In this document: one piece after another, positions 11,701 to 18,879 of the stretch | Layout of the letters: the number at the start of each line of letters is the position of its first letter | Position numbering within the stretch: position 1 is the first letter of the stretch | Source of the DNA: a virus | Lineage: Duplodnaviria > Heunggongvirae > Uroviricota > Caudoviricetes | Length of the DNA stretch: 64,000 bases | Virus record (IMG/VR): IMGVR_UViG_3300037882_002341 | Span: 64,958 to 128,957 of that record | Reading direction: 5' to 3' (one strand) | Position numbers and translations under genes: made by a program | The notes under the pieces: generated by a model | What the model was told of the DNA's origin: nothing | Seen by the model: the letters and a program-made list of their open reading frames with translations, nothing else | The model's database searches: none

Positions 11701-12634
11701 AAACCAAAAGGCCAAAACACTAATGTCCAACATGGGCCTTATGATTTCCCCCATGTATAGAGGCAGCCTCTTGGTTGTCGGAAGAGATATCAAGCCTCAT
11801 GATGTTGTTTATATCTGTGACACAGAAAACGATCTGAGAGGTCACTTCGAAGTTGAATCTTGCACCCACCACTTTAGTGTTGGTACCGGTTGGATCACAG
11901 ACATCAAGCCATGCGCCCTAGTTCGTGTTAATAACCCGACAGCAGAGATCCAGCTGGCCAGTACCCAGTCGTTCCTAAGTGACACTCAGATACTATTGGA
12001 TGTGTTGGACGTAGGCCTAACCGCCTTTACTATAGCAGGATTCTTTATGACCAGTGGCGCCTCCGGTGTGGTTGCCACATCCATAAGATCTGGAGTTAAG
12101 ATAGGGGCCAGGGTAGGACAAGAAGCTCTTAAGAAGAATATGATAACAAGAGCTCTCAAGTCTTCTATCACTGGGTTTACTAAGCGAGCCTTCTCTGACA
12201 GCGTAGCGGGTATCTCGAGTGGAGTTAAGGCAACTCTTTCCACAGCCAAGCTACAAGGGAATAACAGAGCCCTAGCTTTCGCAAGTTACTTTGGTGGCAT
12301 CCTTGTCCCAACCAGGGGACTTTTAACGCTGGGGGCCCTCCAGATAGGCCTAGGGGCATCAGACGCTGCCACCTCCCTGTATGTTAAACATCTACTATCT
12401 TCCACCGAGCTACCCATTGATGTACATTATCTATTGTATAGAGGACAGGTACTCCAGGCTGGGCTAGAGATAGATGATAGAGATATATATAGTCTCTACG
12501 ATAAAATTACAGCTGTTACAAAAGAAATGAAGAGAGATGTTGGTGAATTCTTTACTGGTCTCGCCGATGACTTTAGTGGGGTTCAAAAGAATACCAGTGT
12601 TCTAGAAAGAGCAAGACAGTCGAGGGATAGATAA
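5765..12634 (+). CDS. Giant baseplate hub / tail-tube-initiator fusion protein (2289 aa)
   Basis: Hub-like segment LYFIE...QLRLGYGSNPDELPIVFTGMITEIEPGKIVEITAQG (about 9350-9740), then YRGSLLVVGRDIKPHDVVYICD...FEVESCTHHFSVGTGWITDIKP (about 11756-11910). Tube-initiator-like N-terminal segments. Lies upstream of the gp25/J genes. Confidence 0.65.
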   Translation: MPQKDALTLLKKLKVPTFLDPPASPTKFVDSFADFFVSIEYTDSEYSSFVTTLLQSVNDADVSEYPTDEEKEDALEGISDSLHDMLITLQEKRSRKNRFFNLPSRRDIIKEASVSQRSTDIAVDESLERRFKDAHTMIGPIALDPEIPVVEVEITENYSAQTTRTLRSNTDPVFKSHKSDIMMAITIEVPSNRINDRGPGKPGLLTLLATLKAFPVCEIVSSAITPVFLNSILAPELFENLRQQVAEEIKLKTGASQKRQSEQIQTLKSDSFGTNLDNFKKFIGNLNPVIDYMIRDEENSKENLEKQDPVFSSVSKLRNVKGSLTVPCAYTGCIVKTSPGKTNQLSVKLFFRRFNDKIWNPYGKIIYRDVNGKPTPNVTECPWIERIALMMFTNNVDNPTNFMEPYRHRLSEEESGMTFEWVQPTQESNSKFTPHGKDWVIQDIEARSFMKTAQLPLLGSPYPTVQYMGIDNVHARVSVVVKSGVELARFHEMKASLDRLNYEAGPNSLRHHYVRIKNNLLNFLGARDFVITGITTHRQSEEEVWNVEFELLESSVSANEAEAIVIKDNAFKEKADIKKIWDHIFNLLSEQTTFPWEAVSNQEKEDLTSPTSAFVSRFFTGYKDFPKDANNIKPYELDSEAQMAWRLVFERAGDRGSGSILQPNIMAAAWYSLAMKSRAKEDSKSGFFPWNTGFRNEPRIAAVMEGRQFEQSTSDNLLSLFSSGRQTDINRGDKGFFTSWAMVANAGMGHRTEHFFITGKYNPASIFEFSPLSGAPGNRIRETSEDQIYETWPNLTNAERRAQKQAADWLSKGQYDSDSDTFAETLDWFGNESQFNIFEQGKELLEWMAMGEGRHTVFFSKEFWDEYFNILFEQKVRPDADQNPAWNNTDIVDARWKLTSLLREGGYLDFPSLTRTQKLDTLQEESRFVRTNLDDSDIDKREQTRGKYEAYRSNYADMRLPSYGKVFRNDKTNELLTNSDGKLTWREFAPTFSDLGIKPAYHRQVVFESTEQAINKIARKENDPIEPDAVYFHFRLKGQSLAKHLASEENINNHLTEINKPRKIVVPNKTARGGSFTVDQYLKEVWKVPNERYLMEAFDKQTDHDSLRALQSDGKIKSIVVIDEEGNPLGNVLADSQSKSGIRFNPMKGIKFQVFSGDASTPVDPYSSEQITAAAKDIIIRSEDRTGSMSRIFPAYRLYFIEQDRGYRFLADDLYGVNCLISVSIRKDKNDADVMVATLSNTTDNLSNELVLSSQQADSLGLSADDQGEPYFSSLKLQSGINVQLRLGYGSNPDELPIVFTGMITEIEPGKIVEITAQGHKRELLNEVQFDMESINHFDIIRKILEKTEHPNLGEAMTASRYSSGALATRFAEGQNPNDFIGLTDTWYNKKVVDMSNIYLVSNAPLETSRKVYFDKDKPIVSTDPRVNFNSVGVVAERIYDFFDPARKAISEIRPDHYWIETAYSNGKWAKWVIPPQSAWDAIQEITRHRPGTIAQVVPYDSRGTLFVGQPEQAYQATDPNHAELLTYSMLQGSIGKKINIDFGNDVIRPFMDSIWGKMYLTHYKGNSLNFTGLAPRIGTTALAQPIDPRSLLRPLSELYTDSTIFIRPTDIMELDELPDSDDKSRINEYLYSNSSLQLHDKDDFTKEAEEAIRKALGEELPPGFNIPGMWWIYADDLTTQVRELNRIEPRLVESLFMWYYDLDPSATALQIPNINNSIKPLFFSSDSMGNFIEELLKNTGTELSANYKRLKNGSASLNAVQLRTGGEEDQINFLITQSLITEEEANALRKRLFSGQNNPMTRQQLHDPVLDIIDSADDDLTLAHLLAKTGGGFRLFIFNVYRFMVQSAFSGSNLKINEAIVRNSASKVHSVDLPPGKKIFRGYHYIGMADIIENNIEASMEEMSNCCLVRAPASEVAYEVIESDVEDDNGDNEKDIVVEFEETDWRSYPTTDGAPYTWKIGKENRKLGVVYELNAIHPNQKAKTLMSNMGLMISPMYRGSLLVVGRDIKPHDVVYICDTENDLRGHFEVESCTHHFSVGTGWITDIKPCALVRVNNPTAEIQLASTQSFLSDTQILLDVLDVGLTAFTIAGFFMTSGASGVVATSIRSGVKIGARVGQEALKKNMITRALKSSITGFTKRAFSDSVAGISSGVKATLSTAKLQGNNRALAFASYFGGILVPTRGLLTLGALQIGLGASDAATSLYVKHLLSSTELPIDVHYLLYRGQVLQAGLEIDDRDIYSLYDKITAVTKEMKRDVGEFFTGLADDFSGVQKNTSVLERARQSRDR

Positions 12635-13245
12635 TGAGAGGCAATAGAAACAATACACAAGCTGAACACAGAGAGCAAAACCAGAACGAAAGACATGGCA
12701 AGTTCATAATGTGTGCCTTTTATGATGACCTCTTGCCAACAGGTGTCAAAAGTCCAGGGTATATTGAGACCATAAGTAAAGACAGGCGGCCCGCCGCCTA
12801 CGTTGTACCGCTCTCGAGTCTTGAAGAACGAAATATCCAAAGGACAGTTGACCCCTTAGAACCCTCTATCTCTGAGGACTTTAAAGTAAAATGGGCAAGA
12901 GAACATGTACGTCTCATAAAGCTTATGAGTAATCTTGGTCTGTCCTCAAAAGAAATTATGGATGATTATCTTGTTAGAGTGCCATACCCAATGTCTTCGG
13001 CTTCAACAGGAGAGCTCATAAGAAAACCAGGTAGAGCAGTCTCCCAGGCATCTGTCCCAGATGGGATAACGGGAGATGATATAGAAACAAATAAGATGCT
13101 TGATAGAAGTGTTAATATATCCGAAAAAAGAAAGATAGCCAAAGCTCGCTATGGCTCTTCCGGAGATAGAACAATAGGAGTGCCATTCGTGGGCACACAA
13201 GAACAGTTCCCCAACACTGGGGACATCTGGTTAGGAAGTGGGTAA
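12634..13245 (+). CDS. Hypothetical protein in baseplate module
   Basis: 203-aa ORF with TAATG overlaps at both ends; no recognised motif. Confidence 0.7.
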   Translation: MRGNRNNTQAEHREQNQNERHGKFIMCAFYDDLLPTGVKSPGYIETISKDRRPAAYVVPLSSLEERNIQRTVDPLEPSISEDFKVKWAREHVRLIKLMSNLGLSSKEIMDDYLVRVPYPMSSASTGELIRKPGRAVSQASVPDGITGDDIETNKMLDRSVNISEKRKIAKARYGSSGDRTIGVPFVGTQEQFPNTGDIWLGSG

Positions 13246-13655
13246 TGGGTCAATTCCAAGTCAAGGTATCTGGTAAAGATGTATCTCTTTTTGACAGACA
13301 GGGTCGAGTCAGAGCCAGCTTTGCTGATACACATACCAAATTTAACTCCTCATCAATAGATCTTGGAGTAACAGATCCTGCTAGAATAACAGCCACAAAC
13401 GAACAAATGAATCCAATGGGGAGACATATAGCCTCAACTATAGTGTCTCCGCAACCCACATGGACACCCGTTATACCAGCTGTCAACATTGCAATGACAA
13501 TGATTCTTGCTATCGTAGCTATAGCAAATCAATTAGAAGATGAAACAAATAGTAAAGCAAGCCGCAACAGTTTGTTGGGTAAGCCAGTATACAGAGAGAA
13601 TTATCAGATAATAAACTTCGAGGACTTTCTCCCAGAGAGTGTGACAAATGGGTAG
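13245..13655 (+). CDS. Hypothetical baseplate protein (spike position)
   Basis: 136-aa ORF with a beta-rich N-terminus, between the hub and gp25-like genes. Confidence 0.6.
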   Translation: MGQFQVKVSGKDVSLFDRQGRVRASFADTHTKFNSSSIDLGVTDPARITATNEQMNPMGRHIASTIVSPQPTWTPVIPAVNIAMTMILAIVAIANQLEDETNSKASRNSLLGKPVYRENYQIINFEDFLPESVTNG

Positions 13656-14085
13656 TTATTTTCAACAGGACATCAAAACATTTGATGATGGAGAGATAGA
13701 TATAAGCAGTGGCGATATACCCGTCGCGACCGTCCAACAGTCTCAAAGACAGTTACTTATAAATATCTTAAACACCACCAGAGGTGGATTTAGATTTAAT
13801 GACTTTATTGGTTGGGGTGCTGAAAGATATATGGGTAAAAAGAATGTGCCCATAGTCCACGAGATCATGAAGGAAGACCTCCGCACAGGCCTTCAGGCGG
13901 CAGACGATCTAATACTAGAAGATATAGACTACACCGTCTCTTTTCTTAGTGAAGAGGTTGCTGCGATAATCGTACGCCATAGTGGTTTATTCTACGAAGA
14001 AGATGGAACACTAAACAATACCCCACTTGTTCTTGGCTGGAGATTAAGCTTTCTAACAGGACAGATTGAGCCGGAGACCGAATAA
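13648..14085 (+). CDS. Baseplate wedge protein, gp25/W-like
   Basis: DIKTFDDGEIDISSGDI...QLLINILNTTRGGFRFNDFIGWGAERYMGK pattern, size 145 aa, directly before baseplate J. Confidence 0.75.
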   Translation: MGSYFQQDIKTFDDGEIDISSGDIPVATVQQSQRQLLINILNTTRGGFRFNDFIGWGAERYMGKKNVPIVHEIMKEDLRTGLQAADDLILEDIDYTVSFLSEEVAAIIVRHSGLFYEEDGTLNNTPLVLGWRLSFLTGQIEPETE

Positions 14086-15224
14086 TGATACGCAAGAAAA
14101 GCAAAGAAGAGCTCCTCAACCAAGTTCTAAAGGGCATTGTCCAAGAGACAAGTATCACTATGGTGGGAACAGGCTCTGTAACCAGGGGTCTAGCATCAGT
14201 CTTCTCGTCAACCATAGAGGAAACTTATCAAATTCTTGATGATGCTGTAACAAATAGTTTTCTTCCAACAGCCAGTGGATTCTATCTAGATCTATTCGGC
14301 GAGACCTTTGGCCTAGCCAGGAAGCCACCAACACAGGCAAGACTGTCTGCCTCGGATAGAACTATTAAATTCTATGTTAATAGTGGTACCTTGGCCACAA
14401 GGCTTCCTCATCCTTCGGACTTAAACAAGGGTAGAGTTCCTGTGGGAACAGAGATCACAACAGATTCTGGCATAGCATTTAGCGTTGATGCCAACTACGA
14501 TTTTCCTGCTGCCTCTAAAGAAGTATTCGTAGGGGCAATCTCTTCGGAATCCGGAACGACACAGAACGTTCCCGCAAGCTCACTAACAAATACCAACCTG
14601 AGCAATGGCGTTTTGGTAACCAACGTTGCGCAGGTTACCACGGGAAGAGATCTGGAATCAGACGAAGAGTATAGATTTAGGATATCCAAGTGGGTAAGGA
14701 CCTCTGCGGGTCGAAATGAGATTGCTGTAAGACTAGCCGTCCTCTCTGCGCCAAATGTGGCAGACATGATAAAGGAGCCATACTTTGCTGGCGCAGGATC
14801 GTTTAGGATCATCGTTATCCCTTCGGGGAACAGGATCTCGTCCGATAGCATTAGAGCGATCAATGTTAACCTATCCTCAATAGTCTCAGATGGTACATTC
14901 TTTATTGTAGAGGGACCAAGATATGTACCGGTTAGTATCTCGATAAGACTGGTTCCCGCTGAGAACAAGTCGATATCAGAGACCGACAGGTCTCTGGTAA
15001 AAGAATCGGTTCTTAAATATCTTGGTGATATTAGACCTGGAGAAAGTTTAATAGTAAATCGACTAAGAGCAAACGCTCTCAATGCATCAAGAAACGTAAG
15101 AGATATTGCTATCCAAGGAATCGCTATTAACAAGAGACCCCAAGCTTTGGTAAACTTCACACTTGAAAAGGACGAACTGTTCGTCCCAGACACAGATATC
15201 GATAACCCTATATTGGTGGCCTAA
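14085..15224 (+). CDS. Baseplate J-like wedge protein
   Basis: ASGFYLDLFGETFGLARKPPTQA, RVPVGTEITT, GRDLESDEEYRFRI, FAGAGSFRIIVIP are typical Baseplate_J motifs. Confidence 0.9.
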   Translation: MIRKKSKEELLNQVLKGIVQETSITMVGTGSVTRGLASVFSSTIEETYQILDDAVTNSFLPTASGFYLDLFGETFGLARKPPTQARLSASDRTIKFYVNSGTLATRLPHPSDLNKGRVPVGTEITTDSGIAFSVDANYDFPAASKEVFVGAISSESGTTQNVPASSLTNTNLSNGVLVTNVAQVTTGRDLESDEEYRFRISKWVRTSAGRNEIAVRLAVLSAPNVADMIKEPYFAGAGSFRIIVIPSGNRISSDSIRAINVNLSSIVSDGTFFIVEGPRYVPVSISIRLVPAENKSISETDRSLVKESVLKYLGDIRPGESLIVNRLRANALNASRNVRDIAIQGIAINKRPQALVNFTLEKDELFVPDTDIDNPILVA

Positions 15225-15724
15225 TGGGACTCAACGTAAAGTTTTATAATCCCGCAAATATCCTTACAGGAGGTGCGAAGGGTGCCTTGATGGGCAGCAT
15301 CTTGGCCACCAGTGATCAGACTGTTTCCGCGGCAAACTTTTTCTCTGCCACAAGTGAGCAGGAACCAGGCACAACAAACTATTATTTTAGGAAGATCTTC
15401 CTTAATAATGCCGAGGCAGTCAGTATCCTGGACCCAGAGATCTACTTTGACGATCTCGAATACCCAAGCAATGTAACATTTGCTCGCGGCAAATCTGCCT
15501 CTGACACTACAGTCCAGCCCTATGCCATGCCAACAGGCTACGAAACATCTGACTTCTTCACTGCAGTGGCAGTGGAAGACAGGATACCTCTCTTTGTAGA
15601 CTCTAGTGATCTTGCGGCGGCAGCGGACGCAGCTATCTGGATGAGAACTAAAGTAACACCTGGACAGCTTGCAGACTCAAACGCTGTTGGAAGATTAAGG
15701 CTTCGTGGTCGTAGAAGTCCATAA
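15224..15724 (+). CDS. Hypothetical virion structural protein
   Basis: 166-aa ORF, TAATG-coupled within the baseplate operon. Confidence 0.7.
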   Translation: MGLNVKFYNPANILTGGAKGALMGSILATSDQTVSAANFFSATSEQEPGTTNYYFRKIFLNNAEAVSILDPEIYFDDLEYPSNVTFARGKSASDTTVQPYAMPTGYETSDFFTAVAVEDRIPLFVDSSDLAAAADAAIWMRTKVTPGQLADSNAVGRLRLRGRRSP

Positions 15725-17412
15725 TGCCAGATCTTCTCCCCTGTGTACCAGACAATGAGGCCGTACTATCTTTTGGCTATATCATTGTTGGCGACGAGAG
15801 CTCAACTCTCAGCTTCGGCTATGAAATAGTAGAAAGCACAGAGGAGTACTCTACCCTATCCTTTGGTTACGAAATAACCATTGCTGGTCTAACCTCTTGG
15901 GAACCAACCTTTACTCCAGTTGGGTACATGACTCAGTACATGGGGAACTTCTATCCTTATTGGCATGCTGCTAATGTCAAGAATGGTGGCAGAACTCAAA
16001 GAGTAATGAACAGTCTAGCTGGCTTTCAGATTACACAATTGTTAACAAAGATAAGAAGACTTAGAGCAAACCTTTTCCTTTCAACCACAGACTTGTCGGA
16101 ACCACATAAGGTGTGGGTTGCTCCCAGGCCTGTGGCCAGTATTGAACAAGATAAGACCATTAATCTTTTAAGTAACCCATCTCTTAGCAGAGTTCAACCA
16201 CAGAGACTTGGTCCATGGTCATGGAGCTCTGGGTTTGTAGGCTCAACAGGAGACTGGGAACTCAAAAGAGGACTTGGCCTATACGGATATCATGCCGTGC
16301 GTCTCACCGCACAAAATGGAGAGTCAATCTCTCTTAAACAATCCAATGATCTTATATTTAGAGAGGGTAATATATACACCGCCACAGTCTGGTACGCTGG
16401 AATGAGACCAGAGCGCGGGACACCAATCTCAAGTAGATCTTCTGGACCGCAGCTTCAGATTAATACTCAATACAGCGATGGATCAACAGAGATTGATTCT
16501 GTCTTTTTAGAAGATGACACCAACGGTGCATGGAAACGAGCCTCGTTAAGTTTCAGCCCAAGTAAAGACACCCACAACATCGAGGTATCTATAGTTGTTA
16601 AGGATTACGAAGGAGAGACTGTTGTCCTGGAAGTCGGGGCTGTCCAACTAGAGGCAGGCAGAGACTCTTCTGTTTTCACAGATAACGTTTTTAGTTCCAA
16701 TACTCTCTACGCTATTTACCCAAGAGAAACAATATCAGAAGATACAGGATGGGGTACCTTTAGCTACGAAAGACAAAAGAGAATACGTATAGACGATTTC
16801 CTTTCATACGAGAACCTGCTAGAACAACTACCAGATAGATGTACTGTCACAACGGCTACCAGTGAGGTTGCTGTTTCCAATAATGTTCTTGATGCCATTA
16901 TCGAATCAACAGGACAACAATTTTCCATTGGCTGGAGGATAGCAAACAACCTAATAGAAAGATACAACGTAGATATTAGGCAAAATGAGATATGGGGTTA
17001 CTACAAGATTGCCGATCTCTATGGGAATGGAGACACTGATCTTCTATTCTTTAGGCCTGCAGATCTTGGTGTGACTTCAACATACGAAGCATTAACCGTA
17101 GCTGGGGAATGGCTCTATGTAATGGTAAAGGAAACTTATCTTGGCAAGACCACAAGAGTCCTTAAGATTTGTAGTCCATACATAAGATGGGATGACACAA
17201 ATCATCTCGAGAGTTTTGCCGATATCTACGTTGACGATGGAACAGGTACCTGCACTTTCCTTGGTGTAATAAACGGCAGATCGGATCAGCTTCTTATGAC
17301 GGTTAGTTCTGTGGACAAGGTTATAGATCTAATCTGGGACTCTGCTGCCAGAAATACCGATGGTACCTTAATATTTAGAAGTGATCTTGGAGAGGCTACG
17401 GTGGTGGGATAA
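15724..17412 (+). CDS. Structural protein with carbohydrate-binding-module-like (CBM4/9-like) domain
   Basis: NLLSNPSL...W...AVRLTAQNGESISLKQ...GNIYTATVWYAG...AWKRASLSF...VQLEAG resembles a CBM beta-sandwich. Confidence 0.55.
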   Translation: MPDLLPCVPDNEAVLSFGYIIVGDESSTLSFGYEIVESTEEYSTLSFGYEITIAGLTSWEPTFTPVGYMTQYMGNFYPYWHAANVKNGGRTQRVMNSLAGFQITQLLTKIRRLRANLFLSTTDLSEPHKVWVAPRPVASIEQDKTINLLSNPSLSRVQPQRLGPWSWSSGFVGSTGDWELKRGLGLYGYHAVRLTAQNGESISLKQSNDLIFREGNIYTATVWYAGMRPERGTPISSRSSGPQLQINTQYSDGSTEIDSVFLEDDTNGAWKRASLSFSPSKDTHNIEVSIVVKDYEGETVVLEVGAVQLEAGRDSSVFTDNVFSSNTLYAIYPRETISEDTGWGTFSYERQKRIRIDDFLSYENLLEQLPDRCTVTTATSEVAVSNNVLDAIIESTGQQFSIGWRIANNLIERYNVDIRQNEIWGYYKIADLYGNGDTDLLFFRPADLGVTSTYEALTVAGEWLYVMVKETYLGKTTRVLKICSPYIRWDDTNHLESFADIYVDDGTGTCTFLGVINGRSDQLLMTVSSVDKVIDLIWDSAARNTDGTLIFRSDLGEATVVG

Positions 17413-18836
17413 TGGGATCGGGAACACACAGGATCAAGGGGCTACGCCCACTGGGTAGCACAATAGAGTTTGAGGAAGGTTTAGTTATTATAAACTACCC
17501 GTCTCCCACCACGTGGGAGGCGGATATTGTTATTGAGCCAGATGTTACGGAATATAACTACAGATTTATTTCCATATCAGATGTTCAGTCTCCTTGGATT
17601 ACCGTTACTGTTACGGTAAAGAGTTCTTCCCCACAGGAAACCCAGGCTTCTAATACGCTTGATTTCTGGGGCATGAGACTAGACACAGAAAGACTTTCGG
17701 GAGAAGGCAATGTTGCATACCGCAATCGTCTGTTGGATGTATTTGTCCACCGCGGTGGGCCGCATCATACAGGTCTTCTGAATGCTATTGGTCGTGATCT
17801 ATCCTTAAGCTACGAAGACCAAGCGCTTATCATTCAGGCCAAGACAAGCCCAATTAGCGGGTTAAGATTCAATAGGATTATTTTTGGTATATCAAGTCAG
17901 AAGATAAGGGTCTTCCATCCTGATCTTGTCATTCATGGCGAACTAGCACTCGTTGATCCTGTAACAAGAGAAGTCTCACCAACAAGGACCGTTGCCACTT
18001 TCTTAAATGTTAGTTTAGAAGACGGCACTGTTTTAGATTATGACTATGACGAAGAATTAAACAAAGTTTACATCCATGGGAATTACGCAAGCCAGGTAGT
18101 TAGACTTAGTTATGTTTACATGCATGTAGTGTCTAGACTTAACAAGACCTTAAGTCAACTATCTACCGAACTCGAGGCTTTGGTTACCCCGGCTGGTGAT
18201 CAAATCATCGACGTAACAGTTCACTCGGATTACGCAACAGCCACAGCGGAGAAACTGCAAAACCTCCCCGAGACCGTTATTGAAGAGTTCCACTTAGATG
18301 CAAGTGGTACAGAGGTGGAGGGTATACCCGTTAGATGGATTGATTGTAAATTAGAAGTTGTTTGGGATCCGGAACTTCAAAACAACCTGCGCGCATGGAC
18401 GGGAAGTCTTGTTAATACCAAAATAGATTCTGCATTTCAGGCACTTGTCGAGACAGCTAAGCAAACCTGGGGGACAGCGGTTGCCGATGACTCGGTCTGG
18501 GGCAGTACAAAATTCCCTCTGCACGGTGGCCAACACTTCGATAGTATCTTCGATGCACCACTTGGATACTGGGAGAATCCCATAACAGGAGAACGCTTTA
18601 ACAAGTGGCAGGCCGATATGGGAGTGGATCCCAAAACCCTCGATACTCTTACCTACAAAGGAATTCTACAGTCTGAATTCCAGTCTGGTGTTGGGGGAAA
18701 GAATGATCTAAGGGTTTCTCTTAAGAGACACAGTTTCCAAAGATCGGGAACTGAGGCTGAACACAACGTTACTGATGGATCAGAGGGTGAAATCCCAGAC
18801 GATGATCCGATGTTGGGCGTTGTGGATCTTGAGTAA
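17412..18836 (+). CDS. Baseplate wedge protein (gpI/gp7-like segment) with N-terminal Ig-like domain
   Basis: TLDFWGMRLDTERLSGEGNVAYRNRLLDVFVHRGGPHHTGLLNAIGRDL resembles wedge subunit motifs. Confidence 0.55.
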   Translation: MGSGTHRIKGLRPLGSTIEFEEGLVIINYPSPTTWEADIVIEPDVTEYNYRFISISDVQSPWITVTVTVKSSSPQETQASNTLDFWGMRLDTERLSGEGNVAYRNRLLDVFVHRGGPHHTGLLNAIGRDLSLSYEDQALIIQAKTSPISGLRFNRIIFGISSQKIRVFHPDLVIHGELALVDPVTREVSPTRTVATFLNVSLEDGTVLDYDYDEELNKVYIHGNYASQVVRLSYVYMHVVSRLNKTLSQLSTELEALVTPAGDQIIDVTVHSDYATATAEKLQNLPETVIEEFHLDASGTEVEGIPVRWIDCKLEVVWDPELQNNLRAWTGSLVNTKIDSAFQALVETAKQTWGTAVADDSVWGSTKFPLHGGQHFDSIFDAPLGYWENPITGERFNKWQADMGVDPKTLDTLTYKGILQSEFQSGVGGKNDLRVSLKRHSFQRSGTEAEHNVTDGSEGEIPDDDPMLGVVDLE

Positions 18837-18879
18837 TTCTTTCTCTAGGTTAACATAGTAACCTTACCAGGAGTAAACC

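Noticed and set aside
14495-15193. 232-aa antisense ORF
   Set aside because: It is the shadow of baseplate J on the opposite strand, with no SD or protein-like motifs.
18847-18864. AGGTTA-N6-TAACCT inverted repeat before the 18880 gene
   Set aside because: Only 6 bp with no U-tract; plausible by chance.
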